A stretch of DNA of 64,000 bases from Octopus sinensis. Lineage: Eukaryota. The DNA is taken from contig NC_042999.1 in NCBI RefSeq assembly GCF_006345805.1, positions 156,302,001 to 156,366,000 of the forward strand, given 5' to 3'. The notes under the pieces are model-generated. The model was given only the letters and a program-made list of their open reading frames with translations, was not told the origin of the DNA and did no database searches. Below, one piece after another: positions 12,912 to 23,880 of this stretch. Each line of letters begins with the position of its first letter. Within the stretch, counting starts at the first letter, position 1. The position numbers and the translations under genes are program-made.

Positions 12912-13150
12912 TGATAGATAGATAGATAGATTGATAGATAAATAGATAGATTGATAGATAGATAGATAGATTGATAGATAAATAGATAGATTGATAGATA
13001 GATAGATAGATTGATAGATAAATAGATAGATTGATAGATAGATAGATAGATTGATAGATAAATAGATAGATTGATAGATAGATAGATAGATTGATAGATA
13101 AATAGATAGATTGATAGATGGATGGATGGACGGACGGACAGACGGGCAGG
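12470..13150. repeat. (GATA)n tetranucleotide array with higher-order GATT/AATA variants
   Basis: About 660 bp of gatagattgatagataaata / gatagattgatagatagata units, grading into GATG/GACG/GGCA. Confidence 0.97.
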
Positions 13151-13627
13151 CAGGTGGGCTCAGAATTAAGTGCTGCCAGGTTTTGGAATGAACAGAATAT
13201 CATCATCACCATCATCTTTGTAATATCCACTCTTCCATGCTAGCATGTATTCAACAGAGTTTACTGAGGCAGATTTATTTTCTATGGCTGAATGCTCTCC
13301 CTGTCACCAACCCTTACTTGCTACCAAGCAAGGTAATCATTCCCCATGGTCAGACATGTTTCCACAGAATACTGGAAATGAGTGACATTTTTAACCATTA
13401 CATGCCATCCATTTATACTTTAAGCACATTTTCAAAAGAGACAAATGAAAAATATTGTCGGGATTAGAAGATAAATTCTGATACCAACATTGTACTATCA
13501 GTGTTGAAATAGGTTATGACTCAGAATGCCTGTGTATTAACAGGTACAATGTTTCAATCAGATTTCACCTCCCCAGTAACAAATACTTTAGAGATTCTGA
13601 GCATAGCTAAAAAATTATTCTGATATC

Positions 13628-14252
13628 GATTTCTTTACTACCCACAAGGGGCTAAACACAGAGGGGACAAACAAGGACAGACGAACGGATTAAGTCGATT
13701 GCATTGACCCCAGTGCGTAACTGGTACTTATTTAATCGACCCCAAAAGGATGAAAGGCAAAGTCGACCTTGGCGGAATTTGAACTCAGAACATAATGACA
13801 GACAAAATGCCTATTTCTTTACTACCCACAAGGGGCTAAACACAGAGGGGACAAACAAGGACAGACGAATGGATTAAGTCAATTGCATTGACCCCAGTGC
13901 GTAACTGGTACTTATTTAATCGACCCCAAAAGGATGAAAGGCAAAGTCGACCTTGGCGGAATTTGAACTCAGAACATAATGACAGACAAAATACCTATTT
14001 CTTTACTACCCACAAGGGGCTAAACACAGAGGGGACAAACAAGGACAGACGAACGGATTAAGTCGATTGCATCGACCCCAGTGCTTAACTGGTACTTATT
14101 TAATCGACCCCAAAAAGATAAAAGGCAAAGTTGACTTCGGTGGAATTTGAACTCAGAACGTAAAGACAGGCGAAATACCTATTTCTTTACTACCCACAAG
14201 AAATACAACTACGCATTTTGCCCAGCGTGCTAACGTTTCTGCCAGCTCGCCA
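13628..14252 (-). mobile_element. SINE family B tandem array, 184-bp period
   Basis: The unit start atttctttactacccacaag recurs at ~13627, 13811, 13995 and 14179. A single head lies at ~14200-14252. Confidence 0.92.
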
Positions 14253-14279
14253 CAATCATCCTGGTGAGCTTTCTCAGAC

Positions 14280-14580
14280 ATTTTAAACCTGTGCATGCCA
14301 TCCATTTTGGTCCTGCATTAGTTGAGGAATTCTTCAGGGAAGCATTTAGTATATCTGATGATTTGATCTACATATGTTGTGTTTAGACTACTTGCTCAAG
14401 TATGGCCATGCTTCAGTATCCATAACAGTATGTCACTTGCCAGCTCTTGTTGAGCTTGCAACATTGTCCCACAAAGTGCAAGTGCCTTTTCCTTTTAATA
14501 GCGGAAACTGGCAGGAGATCTCCATACAGCTGCTTCTGTGAGAAACAGCTGTTCTGACATAGTAATTAGTAAGCAAAACA
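14280..14580 (-). pseudogene. Degenerate RTE-clade LINE ORF2 fragment
   Basis: Minus strand reads KQLYGDLLPVSAIKRKRHLHFVGQC, matching the 'LYG.L..VS..IR.RRL.F.GHC' RTE motif. Confidence 0.7.
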
Positions 14581-14636
14581 ATTACTGATTGTAATGGAAG
14601 CTAACCAGGCTAGAATTAAACGATAATGATGATAAT

Positions 14637-15062
14637 ACTCTCTCTTTACTCTTTTACTCTTTTACTTGTTTCAGTAATTTGACTGCGGCCATGCTGGAGC
14701 ACCGCCTTTAGTCGAGCAAATCGACCCCGGGACTTATTCTTTGTAAGCCCAGTACTTATTCTATCGGTCTCTTTTGCCGAACCGCTAAGCGACGGGCACG
14801 TAAACACACCAGCATCGGTTGTCAAGCAATGCTAGGGGGACAAACACAGACACACAAACATATACACACACACTTATATATATATATATACATATATACG
14901 ACAGGCTTCTTTCAGTTTCCGTCTACCAAATCCACTCACAAGGCATTGGTCGGCCCAGGGCTATAGCAGAAGACACTTGCCCAAGATGCCACGCAGTGGG
15001 ACTGAACCCGGAACCATGTGGTTGGTTAGCAAGCTACTTACCACACAGCCACTCCTGCGCCT
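14637..15062 (-). mobile_element. tRNA-derived SINE, family A
   Basis: Full-length, low-divergence copy. Confidence 0.9.
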
Positions 15063-15862
15063 ATATATGTGAAGATCCATTTAACATACAGGGTACTCAT
15101 CCACATTAATATCTAAAAAGAGGCTTGATGGGATAGTATAAGAACATAAGTGAAGCCTGGTGCAGTCTTCTGGTTTGCCAGCACCTGTCAAACCATCCAG
15201 GCTATGCCAGCGTGGATAATGGATGCTAAATGATGACAATGACAACAATATTGAATCAGCTGTTTAAAATAATCTACCTTTTTATTATATTTATTTATTT
15301 ATTTATTTATTGCAAGCCATAAAAAGTGAGAGCATTTGTAAAACATCATTTGGTAGACACAGGTGTTGAGCTGGCTCATCTAAAAACATTGCTACTCTGA
15401 GTTGTTGCCCAGGGTCCCTACAGGCCTAGGAGTTCAATTCATACCTATGTATGATGTAGTTTGCTGTCGATAAATAAATACTATAGTTCACAGTGTATTA
15501 ATTTGCCCAGGTAACTACAACGTATCAGGATAATTACCCCAAGACAATTCCCCGGACGACAACTACGCCCTAAGTTAATTACCCCTCTCCAATATTTTAA
15601 GAAGTTTTAAATCATCAGCTGTTGTCCTCAGGGGTAATTGTCCTTTGGTGGGGAGAAGGTTTATTGTCCATGGGTGGGGCGGGGATGTCCTAGACTCGAC
15701 TACAATGCTGCTAAAGTGGCTCTGGTGTTGAACTGAAAAAGGAAATGAAAAGGCTGAGAACCGCTGAGCTGTTGCAATAAATACAGTCATTTGCTCAAGC
15801 ATTTGTTGTACATTGTATCTATAATGGTTAATCAGACCTATTGACATGAGAGGATGGAATAT

Positions 15863-16300
15863 CATCATCATCATCATTTAACGTCCGCTTTCCATGCTGT
15901 CATGGGTTGGACGATTTGACTGAGGACTGGTGAACCTGATGGCTGCACCAGACTCCAATCTTGATATGGTAGAGTTTCTACAGTTGGATGCCCTTCCTAA
16001 TGCCAACCACTCTGAGAGTGTAGTGAGTGCTTCTATGTGCCACCGGCACGAGGGCCAGTCAGGCAGTACTGGCAATGGCCATGCTCAAATGGTGCTTTTT
16101 ACATGCCACCTGCACAGGAGCCAGTCCAGTGGAACCGGCAACAACCTCTTTTGAATGTTTTTTTCACATGCCACCAGCACAAGTGCCAGTAAGGCGATGC
16201 TGGTAACGATCACGCTTGAATGGTGCTTTTTACGTGCCACCGGCATGGAAGCCAGTTAGCCACTCTGGCAACAATCACACTCGTATGGTGCTCTTAGCCC
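15863..16300 (-). mobile_element. RTE LINE 3' UTR fragment
   Basis: (cat)n-ttaacgtccgctttccatgc terminus and internal gtgccaccggcac repeats. Confidence 0.85.
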
Positions 16301-18843
16301 TATTGTCTACAAGCTCAACCATCTCTCTTGTCTAAACAAGGTTTAAATAGGTATGACTAAAACAGTATCTTATTTCAGAACAAATATCTTTCATTAACAG
16401 ATAAAATATATATGAATATAACAAAACAGTTGCTGCATCTACTATTAAAGTAAGGATTTTCTTTATCAGGAAGCAATAAATTCTTAGTTTTTAACATAAT
16501 TTTTGATAACAAGTAACCATTAGAAAGTCATAACCAGAGCTGAAGAATTGCTGGTTGAAACCCTATCATTGATACTGTACTATGTCCATGGTTAAGATAC
16601 TTAACTCTAGTTGACCTAATCAGTGTAGTTGTAAATAGATACCCTAATAAGATGCTCTTTAATCCTTAAACAATAGGATATGTCTTCTGAAATTTCAATG
16701 TAGAACATTTCCCAGTGATCAATGCTCCTGACAAGAAGTCAAATGGATTAATTCTATTAACCAGAATTTATTGACTGAATAATATCTCTGAACTGTCTTC
16801 TATTGTCATTGTTAGCCAGAAAGAAAGAAAAAAGAAACAAGCAAAAATATGTGTGCAATGTGACATAATTAGATGTGTACCACCTGGTGCTCTGATTTCT
16901 TCCCACCATAAATGCCTCATGTTGTGGCTGTATAGTTATATATTACATACCAAGTATCACCTTCTCAAAGCAACATTGAAACATGATATAAAGCTAAATA
17001 CTACTTTATTTATGATCAATTAAGTTATATTCAGTTATAATTAAGATAGCATTAACATGGAATGAAATGAAAACACAATTAAAAATTTTTAACATACCAA
17101 AGCAAGTTTGAGTGTTTTACAACCTTAAGTATAGAAAGAAAGTGAAGACACAAAATCTTTAGCATAAAGTAACATTGAAGAGCTTTTAGTGAGTTGGGTT
17201 GTTCTATGAAATGCAGTTTAATGCCTGATAATATAATGTCTTTTGATTAGAAGTCAGGATGAATATCAATAAGAAAATACAGAGGCAAGTTAAGATTTAC
17301 CACACTGCAACATTTATTTCCATTGCTAAAGTGAATACATCAACTGGCATAACAAATGGAAGTCTGTCAAAAACTTTACATGGTTTCACAATGTTTCTCG
17401 AAGTTGAAGCTAAATGTTAGAAGAAACACAAAACACAGCATCAGAGGTTCTGGTTACAAATCTCTTCTTGTAGAAGTTGCAAAGTGGAATACACTGCTCT
17501 CATTGTCAAAGATCCAACTTGCTCATAGCCAATTCACCTCCCTCTGGAATTAGGGGGAAAATCGTCCCTTAAATAGCTGATGTAGAAATGCTAAGTTAGT
17601 TTATTATGTTAAGGAGTGGACAGTCCATGTAAAGCTAAATAGACTTGACCATCACACGATGAACCAAAAATAGGAAGCTAAAAGTAAGAAGCCACAATGT
17701 GGGTAGCTAAAGGTAAAGAGCGATCATGCTTCTGCGGCATGCTATCAAGTTAATTTAGAGGACTATCTTGTTGTTTTGAGGAATGAGGGTTCTGCAGAAT
17801 ACAGCTGCACAATGTTCTCAGTTCAATGTTTTGTCGTGTCATCTCATTTTGGAATTTAGACCTATCTGGAAATTTGCAGATACTGTTGCAGACATTGTAA
17901 TAGTGATCTTCAGTACATGGAATTAGATGGTTCTACACTTAGTTCTTTTCTCCTTCAGGGTGTTGATCTTGGCTACCTCAAAGCTAGAGATGGCTTAGTG
18001 GTTAGAGCATTTCCACTGGGAACTCTTCAGTACTTTTGATTTGCATGTCTTCAGATTATCTTGCGGGTTTTCAAGATCTTTAGAGTGCCCTTGTAACAGA
18101 GCTGTGAGCAGCCTTGGTGCCTGGAACCAGAGTATGCATACCACATGGCCATTCCAACTCAGTTGTGCTTTATTAAATTCATATACTCAAAACAGCCTTA
18201 GATTAAGACACTGGTGTGTATGCACTTTTATAATACATATACAAATGTAGAATGGCACTAGCTGTAATATTTCTGTAGTCTTAGCGACACTGACATTTGT
18301 GTTTAAAAACACAGTGTTTTAAAAGGCACTTAAAACACTGGTAGATTAACATAGTGTTTCAACTTCATTTGGCCTCCTCAGTGATGAATAACTGGAAGTT
18401 CTTAGTCAAGGTAAAAAAAGAAAAAAAATGGTTTGTTCTGATAAAGAAATCAGTAAATAAAATATTTACTGCTTTGTGTGAAAGCTAGTCAGGCTAGAAT
18501 GAAATAATATACACACTCGAAACAGCCTTAGTTTAAAATGCTGTGTATATACACACTTATAACATATATACAAATGTGGAACAGCACAAGCTGTCATATT
18601 TTGCCACAGAGAAACTTCCCAAATAGACTTATATGTTTAAAATGCAGGGCTTTTTTTTCAGAACACTGATGGATCACAAGACATGATGTTTCAACTTGAT
18701 TTGGCTTCTTTAGAGATGAGTATCCTGGATGTTCTGAGCTAAGCTGGAAAAGGCTTGTTTCATTATATAGAAATTGGTAATTGAAACATTTACTGATTTA
18801 TGTTAAAGCTAGCCATGCTAGAATTAAATAATATACACACTTA

Positions 18844-19080
18844 TAAAAGGTGGCGAGCTGGCAGAAACGTTAGCGCGCAGGGTGAAATCCTTAGCGGTAT
18901 TTCATCTGTTGTTACATTCTGAGTTTAAATTCCGCCGAGGTCGACTTTGCCTTTCATCCTTTCGGGGTCGATAAATAAAGTACCAGTTTCGCACTGGGGT
19001 CGATATAATCGACTTAGTCCCTTTGTCTGTCCTTGTTTGTCTCCTCTATGCTTAGCCCCTTGAAGGTTGTAAAGATATAC
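18844..19080 (+). mobile_element. SINE family B with 17-bp TSD
   Basis: TSD aaataatatacacactt on both sides (~18827 and 19081). Confidence 0.88.
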
Positions 19081-19478
19081 AAATAATATACACACTTGAA
19101 ACAACCCTAATATAAAATGCTGGTGTGTGTACACATTGATAATGCGTGACACAGCACTAGCTGTTATATTTTCTCTCAGAGGAACCTCTCAGAGACATAT
19201 GTCTTAAAAAACACAGGGCTTTGCTCAGAACATTGGAGGATTACAAGACACAGTGTTTCAGTTTGATTTGACCTCCTCAGTGTATTGTCTCTGAAATTAT
19301 GTTTTATATTTATTCAGTTTATTTATAGTTAAGGTAGGGTTAACATAGTTGATGTAGTGAATATCAAAAGCTTAATTAGAATTAGAAATAGTTATTCAGA
19401 CACTGGAGTTCAGCAAAGTCTTTGATCTGTCAGATCCTGTCAAACCAACCAAACTATGCCATTATGGAAGGTATATAT

Positions 19479-19922
19479 TAGGAGAAGAAGAGAAGGAGGA
19501 AGAGGAGGAGGAGAAGAAGAAGAAAAAAAAGGAGGAGGAGGAGGAGGAGAAGAATAGAAGAATAAGGAGGAGGAAGGAGAAGAAGAAGAAAAAGAAGGAG
19601 GAGGAGGAGGAGGAGAAGAATAAGAAGAATAAGGAGGAGGAAGGAGAAGAGAAAAAGAAGAAGGAGGAGGAGGAAGGAGAAGAAGAAAAAGAAGGAGGAG
19701 GAGGAGGAGAAGAAAAAGAAGGAGGAAGAGGAGGAAGGAGAAGAAGAAGGAGGAGGAGGAGGAGAGGAAGGAGAAGAAGAAGGAGGAGGAAGGAAGGAGA
19801 AGAAGAAGGAGGAGGAGGAAGGAGAAGAGGAAGGAGGAGGAGGAAGGAGAAGAGGAAGGAGAAGAAGGAGGAGGAGGAAGGAGAAGAGGAAGAAAAAGAA
19901 GAAGGAGGAGGAGGAGGAAGGA

Positions 19923-19957
<35 letters not shown>

Positions 19958-19958
19958 A

Positions 19959-19990
<32 letters not shown>

Positions 19991-20001
19991 AGAAGAAGAG
20001 G
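19479..20001. repeat. Polypurine (GAA/GGA)n tract
   Basis: About 520 bp that is almost entirely A/G on the plus strand. Confidence 0.97.
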
Positions 20002-20780
20002 ATATGATGATGATATGCCACAAAGAAAGGACTAATATTCCCCTCCTCCTCCCCATCATCTTCATCATCATGGTCGTTTTAACATTCACTTTTCCAAGCT
20101 TGCATGATTCAGACAGAATTTGTTGAGACAGGTTTTCTGTGACCAGATGCCCTTCCTGTCACCAGTCCTCGCTTGTTTCCAAGCAAGGTAATATTTTCCC
20201 CAAGGTTGCACATTTTTTTCTTGGAAGATTGGAAATGAACCACACTGCTTGTATGACAGTGACACTCATTTACAACTATAACATGATGTCAAGACAAGGA
20301 GACAATCTTGCTTTCCGTGGCTGTTGTCAACTGTCAGTTCACGAAATGGGAGGAGGAGAAGAAAGCTATTGGGTTGTGTGTGTATGTGCTTGTTCCGCTG
20401 TGTGTGTGTGCTTGTTCTTGTCTGTGTGTGTGTGCCTGTCCTGTTTTTATGTATTTATGTGTTATAGATAAAATTAAATTATGTCAGCAATGTCACATTT
20501 TAAATTTGAAGAAAAAAAACCCGTTTTTCTTCAAATTTAAAATGCGACATTGCTGGCATAATTTCATTATATCTATAGCCCACAACATATAAACACATAA
20601 AAACAGGACAGGTACACACACACAAACAAGAACAAGTACCTACGCACACACATACACACACAGACGCACAACCCATTAGCTTTCTTCTCCCATTTCGTCA
20701 ACTGACAGTTGACAATAGCCACAGAAAGAGCCGAATTAAAGTGTTTTGGTCCATCGAGCCATATCGAAAGAATGCTATAT

Positions 20781-20871
<91 letters not shown>

Positions 20872-21331
20872 TATATAATATATATATAATTCTTTTACCT
20901 GTTTCAGTCATTTGAGTGCGGCCATGCTGGAGCACCGCATGTAGTCGACCCCAGGACTTATTCTTTGTAAGCCTAGTACTCATTCTATCAGTCTGTTTTG
21001 CCGGACCGCTAAGTTACGGGGACGTAAACACACCAGCAACAGTTGTCAAGCGATGTTGGGAGGGGGACAAACACAGACACACTAACACACACACATATAT
21101 ACATATATACGACGGGCTTCTTTCAGTTTACCAAATCCACTCACAAGGGTTTGGTTGGCCCGAGGCTATAGCAGAAGACTGTGTATGTGTGTAGAACTGT
21201 GGTAAACAGCGTGTTTCCTGATCACATGGTTTTGGGGTTTATCCCTAATGCGTGATACCTTGCGCTACTATGTATGTACCGGGGCTGTAGTAGAAGACAG
21301 TAGCGCAAGGTGTCACGCATTATATATATAT

Positions 21332-21610
21332 GTGGAGGCGCAATGGCCCAGTGGTTAGCGCAGCGGACTCGCGGTCGTAGGATCGCGGTTTCGATTCCCA
21401 GACCGGGCATTGTGAGTGTTTATTGAGCGAAAACACCTAAAAGCTCCACGAGGCTCCGGCAGGGGGTGGTGATCCCTGCTGTACTCTTTCACTACTCTTT
21501 CTTCTGTTGGCCTGCTTGCTTAGCCAGCGGGGTGGCGTCATTCGAAGGCTAAAATAATGCGAACGCATTGTGACCAGCGATGTGTAACTACATCTGATGG
21601 ACTGGTCGTT
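21332..21610 (+). mobile_element. tRNA(Arg)-like SINE family C (resembles octopus OR-type SINEs)
   Basis: ggcgcaatggcccagtggttagcgcagcggacTCGcggtc...ggtttcgattcc: tRNA-like head with TCG at the anticodon position. Other copies at 53862-54163 (+) and 55677-55980 (-). Confidence 0.88.
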
Positions 21611-22711
21611 CAAAAAAAAAAAATATATATGTATATATGTATATATATATATATGTATGTATGTATGTATGTAATACCGGGGCTGTAGTAGAAGACAGTA
21701 GCGCAAGGTGTCACGCATTAGGGATAAGCCCCAAACCATGTGATCGGTAAACACGTTGTTTACCACACAGTTCTACACACACACATAGTCATATGTATGC
21801 ATGTATGTGTATAAAATTCAACAGGACAACATATAGCTAATTAAACTCAAATCAGTGGTATTTAGCTACGTGTAACCGCTTAAAAGCGGAAGAAGGAAAA
21901 AAGTTTTATTTCGATCCACACACACACACATATTTTATCAGCTGTATATCCAGATATTTAATTTTGATGGTTTAACTCAACCAAATAACGATTAAACAGC
22001 AGAAATGTTTAAACGTATTGAAATTATTATTTTCTTGTTTATGTTGTGTGTGCGCGCGCTGATGTACGAAGACGTGATTACACGTATGCAAGCTCATCAA
22101 TTAAAAAAGAATTTGCTTCAAAAGGATTTCCATAAAATAAATTTCAAATAAATATTTACTGGTAAGATTTACTAATTGAACCTTAAATTTAATCGAAGAA
22201 AACTTTTTTTTTCTTTCTTTTTAATAATAATAATTAAAAATAAATGGTGAACAGAGAATCTGCATCACAGAAATTGATACGTCATGTTTAACTGCCGCGT
22301 ACACCAACCTAACATGTATATATAATAACAGAAACGATGTTTTCTTACGGCGAAGTTTCGAAATAGCTGTTGGTATCTCACGGGGAAGGTAACTTTAAAT
22401 AAAATAAATAAATAAAAATTTGGAGGTATCCTTTTTTCCATTCCACAGAAAGGAAATTACAATTCTGAAAGTTTTTGCCCCCCCCCCCCCCAAATTTCAG
22501 CTTTTTGACGTTAATTCTTTTTTTGGAACTGGATCTCGAAGCACGTATAAATCATATAAATATTGACTGCCTTCGACTTTTTTTTTTTCAATCTAAAAAA
22601 GTTTTTGAACCGAATATTTACAGGCTATAATTTACAGTTTATATGTGCTTCGAGATCCAGTTTCAAAAAAAAAAAACCATTTAAAAAAATATATATATAT
22701 ATATATTCTGT

Positions 22712-22999
22712 CCCTGCCCTCCCCTCCCCTCCCCCAATTCCGTACTCTTTTCGCTCGCCGTGAAGTAGAGATAGATATTATTCCGAAAGAGAAAACAGAA
22801 AGCAATTTTTCCCTCTGTTTCTGGAAGAATCAGCGTAAATTGGAAGCTGAAGTTTAAAGAAAAATCCTTGACCGGTTCCAATAACGGTAACAACGACGGT
22901 TCCAAGTCGTTGGACAGGACGAACATTAACCGCTAGAGTTATCCGCCCCTGATAACATGAAAGCACCACTGCATGCCGGGAGTGAAAGCTTAGTGCCAA
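22712..22999 (+). promoter_or_regulatory. Probable promoter and non-coding first exon of the LysM gene
   Basis: Unique, CpG-enriched stretch against a CpG-poor background, following a pyrimidine-rich C-tract. Possible donor caa|gtagtt near 22999, upstream of the acceptor at 23463. Confidence 0.5.
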
Positions 23000-23484
23000 G
23001 TAGTTTCCTGCACATTAACTTTTATGATGAACGTCGCTGGAGTTGAACCTCTCTCACTCTACCCGATGTTTTAGACCATCAGGAAGAAAATACATCTCTA
23101 TATTTCATCTGATTTAGATTAGCCAGAATGATAACCACGTCGACTAAGTTTCTTTATTTCGTTACAGCTGCTTCATGAGAAGAAAAAAAAAAGAATATAT
23201 ATATATATATATATATATACATATCTACATAGACACGCTGTATCTTTTTTTTCTTCTCTCTCATAACATATCAAGTCAACTATCAAAATAATTGGTCAGC
23301 CCCGTACTTGGCTTACTCTGCATGGATGGCTTTATTTCTATTTCTCCATTTGAATGGTCTGACGGGAGGTATTTTGATAGTAGACTGTCATTTGTGGTGA
23401 ATGTCCGACTTACGTTGTCATTGCCACTAGTCTCAAACTTAATCTTGGCTAACTCACTTTCAGAGTTACTTTACAAAAGTTATT

Positions 23485-23880
23485 ATGAGTGCTGGTTTTC
23501 ATGATAGATCATTGTCACCCAGCCGAAATGCTAATTTACAAGCTAATTCATCAAAAACACAAAGGACTTCCTTATTTCGGTCTTTTTTGTCGTCTTCCAG
23601 TTCACCGAAATATCACAAGCTGCAACAGAAGCATGGCACAAGTAATAACTTCCATCGAACATATGTACACGGACACGTGGACAGTTCTTTGGAAGATGAC
23701 GAGGATGAAGACAATATATTCGAACTTCCAGAGATCCGGTCTCGAAAGGGACCCGGTAATTCTAAAATTTCAGATCCTTCTACCTCAAAACCGTACGGGA
23801 CATCGGAAATGGACTATCTGCAACACACAGTAACAGATGTTGATACTGTTCAGAGTTTATCAATCAAATACTCATGTCCT
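23485..23880 (+). CDS. LYSMD3: First coding exon of a LysM and putative peptidoglycan-binding domain protein (LYSMD3/4-like)
   Basis: Acceptor tcactttcag|A at 23464, ATG at 23485, 132 open codons, perfect phase-0 donor CCT|gtaagt. The translation ends YVHGHVDSSLEDDEDEDNIFELPEIRSRKG...YLQHTVTDVDTVQSLSIKYSCP. This resembles from memory the LYSMD3 acidic/ELRSRG segment and the first half of the LysM fold (DTL.A.ALQY.C). Confidence 0.75.

Noticed and set aside
13628-14252. Regularly spaced repeats resembling a CRISPR array
   Set aside because: The whole 184-bp unit repeats with no unique spacers, the DNA is eukaryotic SINE sequence, and there are no cas genes.
21332-21410. tRNA-Arg(TCG)-like sequence
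   Set aside because: It continues directly into a SINE body, occurs in several copies, and lacks a proper acceptor stem.
22681-22926. Minus-strand ORF MFVLSNDLEPSLLPLLEPVKDFSLNF, superficially like the condensin II subunit NCAPH2 N-terminus (LLQPIRDLTKNW)
   Set aside because: The key conserved RF and W residues are absent, the following NF.EAALLIQGS motif is missing, and the ORF runs into the G-tract and AT repeat. It is probably a chance resemblance antisense to the LysM leader.
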